Source: Ostrea edulis (taxonomy: Eukaryota). From it: 64,000 nt of DNA. The stretch covers positions 12,338,001 through 12,402,000 of the forward strand of contig NC_079165.1 in the NCBI RefSeq assembly GCF_947568905.1, in the 5' to 3' direction. Below are positions 49,329 through 64,000 of this stretch, piece by piece (positions within the stretch are counted from its first letter, which is position 1; each line of letters begins with the position of its first letter). The notes under the pieces are model-generated. The model had not been told where the DNA came from and ran no database searches. It saw only the letters and a list, made by a program, of their open reading frames with translations. The translations under genes were made by a program, and so were the position numbers.

Positions 49329-50944
49329 TTAAGTAATTTAGTACTTACTTCAGTAATTTAGTACTTACTTCTGTAACTTTAGTACTTTCTTCAGTAATTT
49401 AGTACTTACTTTAGTAATTTAGTACTTACTTCAGTAATTTAGTACTTACATCAGTAACTTTAGTACTTACTTCAGTAATTTAGTACTTACTTCAGTAATT
49501 TAGTACTTACTTCAGTAATTTAGTACTTTCTTCAGTAATTTAGTACTTTCGTCATTAACTTTAGTACTTTCTTCAGTAACTTTATTATTTTCTTCAGTAA
49601 CTTTAGTACTTTCTTCAGTAACTTTAATAGAGTATTAATTACCTGAATTTGAACATTTACCTTACCTCTAAAAATCATCGAATAGATCCCTATTAATAGT
49701 CACACATGATGAAAATCTAACAATATATTTTTTTTACAAAGTGATATAGGCTTCGGCATTCACTAATCAACTTGTTTTGAACATATTTTATTGATGAAAT
49801 CAAAAGGATTGGGAACAAGTTCTAACAACTTACAAGTCCCTCTCCTAAAATAACACAATATGTCATGCAGGGTAATAATTAACATGTAAAATGTACAATG
49901 ATTAAACGAATCTACAAGTTTCTTCAATAGATTTATGAACAACTGAAAAAAAAGATATTTATATTAGTTTACAGAGGCAAATAACAATTTTGTATCAATA
50001 TTTACCAAGTTAAGCATGAAAAGACGATCGATTTAAAAGATAATTTCTAGCTCTGGAGTAATTTTTACAAGCAAAACAGAGATGATCTTCATTAATATGT
50101 ATATTGTAACTAATCAAGTTACAAATGCAAATCAAAGTCTCTTGCAGACTTTTAAACTTTCTCTTCTTTTCACTTGAAAAAAATAAAAGATCTAGCTAGC
50201 GATAATCGCATACCGTGTCCTCGACGATACGTCAAGAATGACACAGTTATCGTTCCTAGTTAAGGGTACAACTTTTCAAAACGAAAGTAGATAACATTTT
50301 TGGAACTTTTCACCTGTACAGTGGACTGAGTAGGTGACTTGGGAGGAAGATTTACTAATGCTTTGAAGCCGATGGCGACGTCTCTGGACAATGTGAGTTC
50401 TTATTTGTGTTCATTACGAATTGGAATTATTCAAAACAACCATATCAGAAAATGTCCCTCCCCCAATAAACAGATAAAGTCTGCCATTTCACATGTACTG
50501 AGAATGACATCAAATAGGTCTAGTGGTAAAATTTGACTCTACTGAACTTCAGTTTTATTTTGTACAATATCAAAATCTGTGATCTGTGATTTCAAGCTGC
50601 AATAAGCAATCTAGGAGACTAATATTAACTGATTAATAAAGATTTAGGATATACTGTTATATTGCGATCAACTTTCGTTTTCAACGCATTAAAACCTGTA
50701 TTATATCATATCTGTTTAACTGTGTCATTTGTACTGTAGAGCGGAAACCGGAAACTACGCCGGCCGATTGTTTGTCCCCACAGGAGTCACATCAAGTCAA
50801 TTAATTAAGTTATTATGTTAATACTAGTCTAGAGCATTTAGAATGAAACTCCCTGTAAACCGCCTTTGCCACTTGGGCAGAAATCTACTTTATATTGTCT
50901 TTCTCGGGTGGTTTAATCTTCAAATCAAGTAGGCTATCGCCAAT

Positions 50945-51100
50945 AATTATAATTATAATACATGTATAGAATTATATGATACATGTATAGAATTATAATA
51001 CATCTATAGAATTATAATACATGTATAGAATTATAATACATGTATAGAATTATGATACATGTATAGAATTATAATGCATGTATAGAATTATAATACATGT
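50945..51100. repeat. ~19-bp tandem repeat (TTATAATACATGTATAGAA), ~8 copies
   Basis: Visible periodicity. Confidence 0.92.
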
Positions 51101-51183
51101 GTATGGTCAGGCCTTTCATGGAGAACCAGTGAATGTTCCTTTATAAGAATTATCATAGAGAGAGTTCATTCTCTAGGTTAAAG

Positions 51184-51184
<1 letters not shown>

Positions 51185-51258
<74 letters not shown>
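51185..51258. repeat. (CT)n microsatellite
   Basis: Direct reading. Confidence 0.97.
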
Positions 51259-51259
<1 letters not shown>

Positions 51260-54200
51260 GCTCTCTACACATACTCATGTTTATTTATACATACACATGT
51301 TTATCTATACATACTTATGTTTATTTATACATACACATGTTTATCTATACATACACATGTTCATCTATACATACACATGTTTATCTATACATACTCCTGT
51401 TATCGATACATACACATGTTTATCTACACATACTAATGTTTATCTATACCTACTTATGTTCATCTATACATACACATGTTTATCTACACATTCTCATGTT
51501 TATCTACACATTCTCATGTTTATCTATACATACACATGTTTATCTATACATACTTATGTTTATCTATATATACTCATGTTTATCTATAGATACACATGTT
51601 TATCTATACATACTTATGTTTATCTACACATTCTCATGTTTATCTATACATACACATGTTTATCTATACATACTCCGTTATCGATACATACTGATGTTTA
51701 TCTATACATACTGATGTTTATCTACACATACTAATGTTTATCTATACATACTAATGTTTATCTATACATACACATGTTTATCTATACATACTCCTGTTTA
51801 TCTATACATACATATGCTTATCTATACATACACACGTTTATCTATACATTCACATGTTTATCTATACATACACACGTTTATCTATACATACTCATGTTTA
51901 TCTATACATACACATGTTTATCTATACATGCTCATGTTTATCTATACATGCTCATGTTTATCTATACATACTCATGTTTATCTATACATACACATGTTTA
52001 TCTATACATACTCATGTTTATCTATACATACTCATGTTTATCTATACATACACACGTTTATCTATACATACTCATGTTTATCTATACATACTCATGTTTA
52101 TCTATACATGCTCATGTTTATCTATACATGCTCATGTTTATCTATACATACTCATGTTTATCTATACATACACATGTTTATCTACACATGCTCATGTTTA
52201 TCTATACATGCTCATGTTTATCTATACATACTCATGTTTATCTATACATACACATGTTTATCTACACATGCTCATGTTTATCTATACATGCTCATGTTTA
52301 TATATACATACTCATGTTTATCTATACATACACATGTTTATCTATACATTCTCATGTTTATCTATACATACTCATGTTTATCTACACATTCTCATGTTTA
52401 TCTATACATACTCATGTTTATCTACACATTCTCATGTTTAATTATGCATTCTCATGTTTATCTATACATATTTATGTTTATCTATAGATACACATGTTTT
52501 TCTACACATTATCATGTTTATCTATAGGTACTAATGTTTATCTACATATTCTCATGTTTATCTATACATACTCATGTTTATCTATACATACTCATGTTTA
52601 GCTATACATACTCATGTTTATCTATAGATACACATGTTTATCTATACATTCTCATGTTTATCTATACATTCTCATGTTTATCTATATATACACATGTTTA
52701 TCTATACATACTCATGTTTATCTTTACATACTTATGCTTATCTATAGATACTTATGTTTATCTATACATACTGATATTTATCTACACATTCTCATGTTTA
52801 TCTATAGATACTCATGTTTATCTATACATACTCATGTTTATCTATACATTCTCATGTTTATCTATACATACTTATGTTTATAGATACATACTCATATTTA
52901 TCTACACATTCTCATGTTTATCTATAGATACTTATGTTTATCTATACATACTCATATTTATCTACACATTCTCATGTTTATCTATACATTCTCATGTTTA
53001 TCTATACATACTCATGTTTATCTATACATGTACATACTGATGTTTATCTATACATACTCATGTTTATCTATACATACTCATGTTTATCTATACATACACA
53101 TGTTTATCTATACATACTCATGTTTATCTATACATACTCATGTTTATCTATACATACTCATGTTTATCTATCCATACTTATGTTTATCTATACATACACA
53201 TGTTTATCTATACATACTCATGTTTATCTATACATTCTCATGTTTATCTATACATACTCATGTTTATCTATACATACACATGTTTATCTATACATACTCA
53301 TGTTTATCTATACATTCTCATGTTTATCTATACATACTCATGTTTATCTATACATACTCATGTTTATCTATACATTCACATGTTTATCTATACATACACA
53401 CGTTTATCTATACATACTCATGTTTATCTATACATACTCATGTTTATCTATACATACTCATGTTTATCTATACATACTTATGTTTATCTATACATACTCA
53501 TGTTTATCTACACATACTTATGTTTATCTATACATTCTCATGTTTATCTATACATACTCATGTTTATCTATACATACATATGTTTATCTATACATACTTA
53601 TGTTTATCTATACATACTCATGTTTATCTACACATACTTATGTTTATCTATACATTCTCATGTTTATCTATACATACTCATGTTTATCTATACATACTTA
53701 TGTTTATCTATACATACTCATGTTTATCTATACATACTCATGTTTATCTATACATACTCATGTTTATCTACACATACTTATGTTTATCTATACATACACA
53801 TGTTTATCTATACATACATATGCTTATCTATACATTCACATGTTTATCTATACATACACACGTTTATCTATACATACTCATGTTTATCTATACATACTCA
53901 TGTTTATCTATACATACAGATGCTTATCTATACATACTCATGTTTATCTATACATACTTATGTTTATCTATACATACACATGTTTATCTATACATACATA
54001 TGCTTATCTATACATACACATGTTTATCTATACATACACATGTTTATCTATACATACTAATGTTTATCTACACATACTAATGTTTATCTATACATACACA
54101 TGTTTATCTATACATACACACGTTTATCTATATATACACTAGGGCTGGGACGATTCAGGGTTAGCTCGATTCGGTTCGGTTTCGATTCAGAACAGCACGG

Positions 54201-54867
54201 TTCTGTTATTTTCGATTCGGTTCATGTTAGATCCGATTTATCTAATGACACCACAAAAATTGACAATTTTAATGAGTAGCATATTTGATTTGATTTAATT
54301 CAAGTTATATAACTATATGTTGTCATTTGTAAACATCATATCTATTCATAATGGCATTTTATAACTTTGATAGAAAAAAGAAAACACTGACAGTCTATCA
54401 AAATTTGTTATATTAATGTGCTGCATAAGTTTTGGATTACTAAACAAATCTATAGTGAATCTAAAATGTATATAATATTGTTTTCATTGATATGCAAAAA
54501 TTCAACAATTCTATCAATTGAGAGTCTTTGAAAATCTCTCCTTTATTGATTTACTTCTCTCATGTTAACTGTCAAATCTGTGTCATTACTTACGATGTTG
54601 ATTTCACTCCACCACTGACAGAAATGCTATATATGTCATGTAAAGATAAACTGCAATGATCTTACGGACCATATTCTGTTGGTATCTGAGTGGTGAAAAT
54701 GCTAACTCTTAACACAGTAGTGATTTAAATCTCCGTTGCATAAAAAACCACATGTTTTCAACATCACTCGGACGCCATATTTGTTGTTTTGGTGTAAGTA
54801 AAATCTAAACCGAACCGAACCGAAATCCGGAATTTGTAATCGGTGCATCGAATCGAATGGTATGAAT

Positions 54868-54902
<35 letters not shown>

Positions 54903-57900
54903 CCTAATATACACATGCTTATCTATACATACACATGTTTATCTATACATACACATGTTTATCTATACATACACATGTTTATCTATACATACTCATGTTT
55001 ATCTACACATACTCATGTTTATCTATACATACACATGTTTATCTATACATACACATGTTTATCTACACATTCTCATGTTTATCTACACATTCTCATGTTT
55101 ATCTACACATGCTCATGTATATCTACACATACTCATGTTTATCTATACATACACATGTTTATCTATACATACTCATATTTATCTATACATACTTATGTTT
55201 ATCTACACATTCTCATGATTATCTATACATACTGATGTTTATCTATACATACACATGTTTATCTATACATACTCATGTTTATCTATACATACTCATGTTT
55301 ATCTATACATATTTATGTTTATCTATAGATACTAATGTTTATCTATACATACTCATGTTTATCTATACATACTTATGTTTATCTACACATTCTCATGTTT
55401 ATCTATACATATTTATGTTTATCTATAGATACTAATGTTTATCTATACATATTTATGTTTATCTATAGATACTAATGTTTATCTACACATTCTCATGTTT
55501 ATCTATACATACACATGTTTTTCTACACATTATCATGTTTATCTATAGATACTAATGTTTATCTACATATTCTCATGTTTATCTATACATACTCATGTTT
55601 ATCTATACATACACATGTTTATCTATACATACACATGTTTATCTACACATGCTCATGTTTATCTACACATACTTATGTTCATCTATACATACTCATGTTT
55701 ATCTTTACATACTTATGCTTATCTATAGATACTTATGTTTATATATACATACTGATATTTATCTACACATTCTCATGTTTATCTATAGATACTCATGTTT
55801 ATCTATACATACAGATGTTTATCTATACATACACACGTTTATCTATACATACTCATGTTTATCTATACATACAGATGCTTATCTATACATACTCATGTTT
55901 ATCTATACATACTTATGTTTATCTATACATACACATGTTTATCTATACATACATATGCTTATCTATACATACTCATGTTTATCTATACATTCTCATGTTT
56001 ATCTATACATACTTATGTTTATATATACATACTCATGTTTATCTATACATACACATGTTTATCTATACATACTCATGTTTATCTATACATTCTCATGTTT
56101 ATCTATAGATACTTATGTTTATCTATACATACACATGTTTATCTACACATACTTATGTTTATCTATACATTCTCATGTTTATCTATACATACATATGTTT
56201 ATCTATACATACTTATGTTCATCTATACATACACATGTTTTTCTATACATACATATGTTTATACATACTCATGTTTATCTATACATACTTATGTCTATCT
56301 ATACATACTCATGTTTATCTACACATACTTATGTTTATCTATACATACTCATGTTTATCTATACATACACATGTTTATCTATACATACATATGTTTATCT
56401 ATACATACTTATGTTCATCTATACATACTCATGTTTATCTACACATTCTCATGTTTATCTATAGATACTCATGTTTATCTATACATACTTATGTTTATCT
56501 ATACATACATATGTTTATCTACACATACTTATGTTTAGCTATACATACTCAAGTTTATCTATACATACTTATGTTCATCTACACATTCTCATGTTTATCT
56601 ATACATACTCATGTTTAGCTATACATACTCATGTTTATCTATACATACTGATGTTTATCTATACATACACATAATTATCTATACATACTGATGTTTATCT
56701 ATACATACACATGTTTATCTATACATACATATGTTTATCTATACATACACATGTTTATCTCTACATACTCATGTTTATCTACACATTCTCATGTTTATCT
56801 ATACATACACATGTTTATCTATACATACTTATGTTTATTTATACATACTCATGTTTATCTATACATACTCATGTTTATCTACACATTCTCATGTTTATCT
56901 ATACATACTCATGTTTATTTACACATTCTCATGTTTAATTATGCATTCTCATGTTTATCTATACATACACATGTTTATCTATACATGTACATACTGATGT
57001 TTATCTATACATACTAATGTTTATCTATACATACTCATGTTTATCAATACATACACATGTTTATCTATACATACACATGTTTATCTATACATGTACATAC
57101 TGATGTTTATCTATACATACTAATGTTTATCAATACATACACATGTTTATCTATACATACACATGTTTATCTATACATGTACATACTGATGTTTATCTAT
57201 ACATACTAATGTTTATCTATACATACTCATGTTTATCAATACATACTCATGTTTATCTATACATACTGATGTTTATGTATACATGTACATACTGATGTTT
57301 ATCTATACATACTCATGTTTATCTATACATACTCATGTTTATCTATACATACTCATGTTTATCTACACATGCTCATGTTTATCTACACATACTTATGTTC
57401 ATCTATACATACTCATGTTTATCTTTACATACTTATGCTTATCTATAGATACTTATGTTTATATATACATACTGATATTTATCTACACATTCTCATGTTT
57501 ATCTATAGATACTCATGTTTATCTATGCATACAGATGTTTATCTATACATACACACGTTTATCTATACATACTCATGTTTATCTATACATACAGATGCTT
57601 ATCTATACATACTCATGTTTATCTATACATACTTATGTTTATCTATACATACACATGTTTATCTATACATACATATGCTTATCTATACATACTCATGTTT
57701 ATCTATACATTCTCATGTTTATCTATACATACTTATGTTTATATATACATACTCATGTTTATCTATACATACACATGTTTATCTATACATACTCATGTTT
57801 ATCTATACATTCTCATGTTTATCTATAGATACTTATGTTTATCTATACATACACATGTTTATCTACACATTCTCATGTTTATCTATACATACTCATGTTT

Positions 57901-59415
57901 ATCTATACATTCTCATGTTTATCTATACATACATATGTTTATCTATACATACTTATGTTCATCTATACATACACATGTTTTTCTATACATACATATGTTT
58001 ATACATACTCATGTTTATCTATACATACTCATGTTTATCTATACATTCTCATGTTTATCTATACATACTCATGTTTATCTATACATACACATGTTTTTCT
58101 ATACATACATATGTTTATACATACTCATGTTTATCTATAGATACTAATGTTTATCTATACATACTCATGTTTATCTATACATTCTCATGTTTATCTATAC
58201 ATACTCATGTTTATCTATACATACTCATGTTTATCTATACATACACATGTTTATCTATACATACTCATGTTTATCTATACATACTCATGTTTATCTATAC
58301 ATACTCATGTTTATCTATACATACACATGTTTATCTATACATTCTCATGTTTATCTATACATACTCATGTTTATCTATACATACATATGTTTATCTATAC
58401 ATACTTATGTTCATCTATACATACTCATGTTTATCTACACATTCTCATGTTTATCTATAGATACTCATGTTTATCTATACATACTTATGTTTATCTATAC
58501 ATACATATGTTTATCTACACATACTTATGTTTAGCTATACATACTCAAGTTTATCTATACATACTTATGTTCATCTACACATTCTCATGTTTATCTATAC
58601 ATACTCATGTTTAGCTATACATACTCATGTTTATCTATACATACTGATGTTTATCTATACATACACATAATTATCTATACATACTGATGTTTATCTATAC
58701 ATACACATGTTTATCTATACATACATATGTTTATCTATACATACTTATGTTCATCTATACATACTCATGTTTATCTCTACATACTCATGTTTATCTACAC
58801 ATTCTCATGTTTATCTATACATACACATGTTTATCTATACATACTTATGTTTATTTATACATACTCATGTTTATCTATACATACTCATGTTTATCTACAC
58901 ATTCTCATGTTTAATTATGCATTCTCATGTTTATCTATACATACACATGTTTATCTATACATGTACATACTGATGTTTATCTATACATACTAATGTTTAT
59001 CTATACATACTCATGTTTATCAATACATACACATGTTTATCTATACATACACATGTTTATCTATACATGTACATACTGATGTTTATCTATACATACTAAT
59101 GTTTATCAATACATACACATGTTTATCTATACATACACATGTTTATCTATACATGTACATACTGATGTTTATCTATACATACTAATGTTTATCTATACAT
59201 ACTCATGTTTATCAATACATACTAATGTTTATCTATACATACTGATGTTTATGTATACATGTACATACTGATGTTTATCTATACATACTCATGTTTATCT
59301 ATACATACTCATGTTTATCTATACATACTCATGTTTATCTATACATGTACATACTCATGTTTATCTATACATGTACATGCTAATGTTTATATACATGCAT
59401 GTACTTATGTTTATC
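51259..59415. repeat. ~8 kb 20-bp satellite (CATGTTTATCTATACATACT) with higher-order duplications
   Basis: Continuous 20-bp periodicity, interrupted only at 54140-54906. Confidence 0.98.
54140..54906. mobile_element. Non-autonomous hAT element inserted in the satellite
   Basis: TAGGGCTG...CAGCCCTA termini, 8-bp TSD ATATACAC (54132-39 and 54907-14), and subterminal TTCGG/CGAA repeats. Confidence 0.93.
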
Positions 59416-60104
59416 TAACCATTCTGAAGATATTCGTGTACAGATAATGATGTTGATGTTCAGATAATGATGTTCATGTTCAGATAATGATGTTCATATG
59501 AAGTCGCCTACGTATACCCATTTTACCCACAACATGTTCAATTGCTCCCTGTGTATCATTATGATGGGTTTGATACAGAACCTACCAGTTCCTCCAAGTA
59601 TACATTATCTATTGCTTGATAGGTAGAATAGAATATCTGTACATTTTTACAAGTACATTCTAATGATTATTAAAGAAGGTGGTGCACGTCTCATGTTAAT
59701 TTCCCTAAAGGTGTTGCATGACAGATCGAACAAATTAAGTTATTAAAATATATTATAGAACCAATTGGAACTTATGTCTTGATTCAATAATATTTAAAAT
59801 CAAGTATAAAAGACATGTATTGACAAAATTAGGCAAAATATTTCGAGTTTAAATCAAGCAATAGGCGATTTATATGATTTTCAACGTTAAAATGGAGGGG
59901 TATCCCCGAATTTCAGAAAAACTGCCTCCGTGAAACAAAATAAAATTAGTATGAACATGTTTTTCGAGTTTTCCACTAAAAAAAAAAACTCGCTTTGAAA
60001 TTTTGTTTCACGAGGGCATTTATTGTAAATTTAAAAAAATTCGAAACGATTTCACTGGTATTTTCAACTTCACCTGTGCGCTAATTTTCGATAGTATTAT
60101 ATGG

Positions 60105-60200
60105 TCTACTGCGTGGTTTAGTGGATAAGGTCGTCAACTCTTATATGTAAAGATGTTTTTTATTTTTAAAATGACCGGGTTCGACTCCCTCACGAACACA
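60105..60200 (+). other. tRNA-like Pol III promoter (A and B boxes), not a functional tRNA
   Basis: TGGTTTAGTGG and GGTTCGACTCC are separated by an AT-rich spacer. No cloverleaf or acceptor stem is evident. Confidence 0.5.
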
Positions 60201-61621
60201 TTTTGTTTTTCAAATTACGTTTTCCATCTAAATTTGTTTTCTTAATTGAAACACGCTTCTAATTTTTATAAATGTTTCATGTCAAATCTCTGTTTATTAC
60301 TATGTGCCGAGTTTGAAATAAGCTTCCAACCTGGACACTAGTTTAGTTTGTGATTAGGACTCTCAACAAACACGCCGAATACAGCATGCAATACCTGTGT
60401 TTTAATAGTCAAGGCTGCTAAGGAGAACTTGTATGTTTTTCTGAATGAAAGTTGTTGACAAAGGCATGATGCCTTTTACAAAAATCTGTTGTGAACTTTG
60501 CAAAGCTATGAAAGAAAAACTTTAAGGCCAAACAAGGTAAATAACCGTTAAACAGTTTGAGTTTATATGTATTCCAGTAGGAAATTGCTGTGTTGAATCA
60601 ATATTTACAGGTGCATGTACTACGAATAATGTTGAATTTTATTAATGCGTATTAAACTTCCCATATTTTATTTTGTGGTCAGAGTCATGTACAGTTGCCA
60701 ATTGTTGGTTGTAGAATATACATTGTAATACATACGAGTATAAGAGCATTTGGACTGTAGTGGTATAGAATATTAAATATTTGATACACTCGTAACATGT
60801 AACAATATACATTGTATCTGATATTCAGAAAAAAGAAGACAATTTAATTTTAACGATTTCAAAAATTATCATTAGACTACATGTATAATGTATTGACACA
60901 TAAAATGTATTAAGCTTGTCCGTAGTACTGGGGAATCTTTCAGGTATTTAAAGCTGACATGAATTAATAAATACGTACACCTTTCTCATCTTATCCGCCA
61001 TATTTCTCTCAGGTAGCCTAATTTACTCTACCCGTATATACCCCAAATGTGATTGTCACACCTGAGTGATTTTTCTAGGTGGACTCGACCAGTGCACATC
61101 TCCGATAGTAATATATAGGGAATGAGAAACAAATAAAATAACATTTTAAAACCTTATGCTTTGCTCAAAATTACAAAATATTGATTGTATACTAATGCAT
61201 TCTGGAAGTTTAGATAAGTTAGACAAAAATACAAAAAAAAAACAAAAAAAAACAAAAACAACAACTTTTCTTGCATACTTGCAAGTGCAAGCAAGTATTT
61301 GCATTTTCTAATAAAATAAATGCGGATAAATCATTTGCCAATTACATACTGATAGAATGGAATAGGCAAAGAGCATAAAATATATTATTTATATCAATTC
61401 TTGCAAAATAAAGGTGCATGCCATATGCATAATTTGCAATGCACAAGGTATAATCGCCCCAAAATAGTATCAAATACGGGCGTCTATTCAACAGGTATCG
61501 GAGATGTGCACTTACCGAAAATATTAGATTCTCTTTATTCTGAAAAATCCACGAAACAAAATGATAAATTCCATTTGTATCTCGTTAGAACTTTACAACA
61601 CGTTGTCATTCCATTATACAG

Positions 61622-61720
61622 ACTGCGACACACTTCACCCGTGCCAAATAGGGTGTCTTCAATCAGGGGAGATGTCAGAGTCGAAATTTTTTTCCTGTAT
61701 TGAATGCTTGTCTGGTCGAG
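61622..61720 (+). CDS. Isolated EGF/laminin-EGF-like exon candidate
   Basis: ccattatacag|, 99 nt, phase 1-1: DCDTLHPCQIGCLQSGEMSESKFFSCIECLSGR. Weak donor gttttg. Confidence 0.3.
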
Positions 61721-61998
61721 GTTTTGCAGTTTATAGAAATCGGGAATCTAATATCTGGTTGGATATATTGCGTGCACAATTCAAAATTTCTCGATGATCA
61801 TATACAAACTTGGATATACAAATAAGGGAATAATGATCGAAAATATACATCTGTGTGCAAATGCGTGTATTACATTTGCAATCCATAATAAACAGTTCAT
61901 TACACAAAGACATATATGAAAGGAAATTTATAAACGAAAATATAGTTTTGTTGTCTCTTTTGGAACCACATAATTATTTACGGTCTCTGTATGTCCAT

Positions 61999-62003
<5 letters not shown>

Positions 62004-62081
<78 letters not shown>
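62004..62081. repeat. (GA)n microsatellite
   Basis: Direct reading. Confidence 0.97.
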
Positions 62082-62083
<2 letters not shown>

Positions 62084-64000
62084 TCCTACTTCGATTTATA
62101 ATATATCATATTCACAGAAGGAAAGAAAATTGATCACTTATATAAATGTAAGCTTACAAGCATTAAAAATTTCCAGCTATTTAAAAATTTGTGATTGATT
62201 AAAAATTTGTGATTGACAATATATTGGAAACTTACAGGAGTTGATGCTTATAATTGAATTGATTACAAATTTTAAAATAAGAATATTAGTTTGAACTGTG
62301 CATGTAGAAAATACTGACTTTGTATGTTAGAATAATGGGAAAAAAGTAAATTGTCAAAAAAAGTGGGAAAGCACACCAGCCCTCCTGCCCACCCCAACCC
62401 CCTGTTTTCGTGCCTGAAACAACATATCAATTTGTGTTGAAAGAAAGGTGCATATCTACATTTCATTAAATTCCAAAGGAGCTCGAATTTATGTGTTCCC
62501 CTATTAATTATTTTGTATGCAAGATTCGTTCCCGAATTTAGAATCATGCTTTCAGTCAGAGCAGAAATGAATTCATTTTGAAGTACATCTAGTTTGAATG
62601 CAAATGTTGGGTTCCTTCTTTTAATTTCATCAAACTCATTAGAAACCCCTCTCCCAAACTATGCAACTTTGTTTTTATTGATATCTAAATCGGTATAAAT
62701 GAATCCGGATATAAATTATATAATGGTTTTTTTTTTTCGTGATCATATAGATATTGATACTGATAATGAAAAAAAAAAATGTTTATACTCTTGCCTTTTG
62801 CATATCCTACTAATGCATTACAGTATATTGACATTGTATCATATCAAATAAAACCTCAACACGAATTTTACTGATTTATGCATACTAACATCTTATCGAA
62901 TACATTTGAATTTGACATTTCTACGTACATCGGTATGGCCATTGCGCCAGATCTACGAAATGAAAATATTTATGAATAAATTACACTCAAGCCTCAAAGT
63001 AATCATTATGGCATGTCACAGAAACGTTAAAACACACAAATGCTATAGTCCTGCAATACATGCATGCGATTTTTCTGAATACATGTATTTATGTATTCAC
63101 GAAGGAAGTCCCTACGCTTGAAAATATCTTGGTCTTTATTGCATTTTGTTTTGTGATTTTGGTTTACCATTCCTTACATTGTGTAAATGAAGGAAAACTT
63201 GGTAAAGGGTGCAATTCTACATGCACCATACAATTAGTATACATGCATGTGTTTCAAAGCAAAATGTACAAGTAATAACCAGACATGTATCGTAATTTTT
63301 CGGGGGGGGGGGGGGGTGTTAGGGGTGTTACAACAGGGGAAAAAATGGAAAATTGGATTCTTCAAAATCTCTTGCCATTCAAAATAATTATTAAAAAAGA
63401 TGAACGAAAACAGCAATAAAATAAAACAAAACACACAAACAAACCAAGATGTTTTGTCCGATGTTCAAAGTCCTAATGTGGGGGTGAGGGGTTAAAGAGT
63501 CTTTTACTTTGGCTACCTCAATAATTTCCCCCTACACTTCATTTTCTTCAATCGTTGGGGGTCGGATGGGGTGGTTAGAGTCCTCTTCTATGAGTGCCTC
63601 ATATCTTCATTTTCTTAATTGGTGGTGGTGTGTTTCTTCTACTATTATATCAGAACTTTCAAGCTGGGGTAAGTGGGGGAGGGGTTGTCACTCATTGTAT
63701 CTTTAATTTGCATTACAAACTAACAAAAAATGGATATTGTTATTAAAGGTGGGTGACAGACACTCTTGTCCTCTCCCCTTGATGTTTGATAACGACTCAT
63801 AATATGATAAACTCGATTATTACATTTTGCGTTAGTACAATTTGCGTCGAGTTCGACGCAGAATGTAATAACGCAAAATGGCATAAATATACAAGATATA
63901 TTGAGCGCCAAATTAGCATAAAATGAAGTAATTGAAAATAACATTATTTAAAAATATGTTTAATTTTTAATTATTGCGTGCTTTAAATGAATCAAATAAA

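Larger units (their letters stand above)
47575..49625. repeat. 20-21-bp minisatellite (AGTACTTACTTCAGTAACTTT) interrupted by two insertions
   Basis: Arrays at 47575-48008, 48166-48344 and 49329-49625. Confidence 0.95.

Noticed and set aside
51133-59447. Dozens of long overlapping ORFs (up to 402 aa, MFIYTYSCLSIHTHVYLYIL...)
   Set aside because: Artefact of a 20-bp unit with no stop codon in any plus frame. All three frames give the same peptide.
63509-63706. Possible coding remnant (minus frame YEALIEEDSNHPIRPP)
   Set aside because: Interrupted by stops, with no splice partners or recognisable motif.

Overview
AT-rich, intron-containing eukaryotic genomic DNA, most likely a bivalve mollusc such as an oyster. 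This is inferred from the recognisable SINE, Penelope-like and MITE families, and the window has one 135-N assembly gap. The ORF track misses most real genes because they are spliced. By reading splice sites by hand I assembled three intact paralogous genes for type-I membrane proteins with a signal peptide, a conserved 11-Cys ectodomain starting C-x-F-P-x4-G-x-W, one TM helix and divergent tails: gene A (+, 1523-13709), gene B (-, 23126-26196) and gene C (-, 27338-30188). A fourth copy is decayed and MITE-disrupted (33393-34886). Gene A carries a duplicated internal exon (candidate mutually exclusive pair) and two tandemly multiplied splice acceptors, and is followed by orphan exons that could give alternative cytoplasmic tails. 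A tandem pair of MIEAP-C-terminal-domain genes lies at 37924-40069 and 44292-46236. The rest is TEs (decayed mariner, Penelope-like RT and tails, SINEs, several MITEs with clear TSDs) and many tandem repeats, including an ~8 kb 20-bp satellite that generates all the spurious long ORFs at 51-59 kb.
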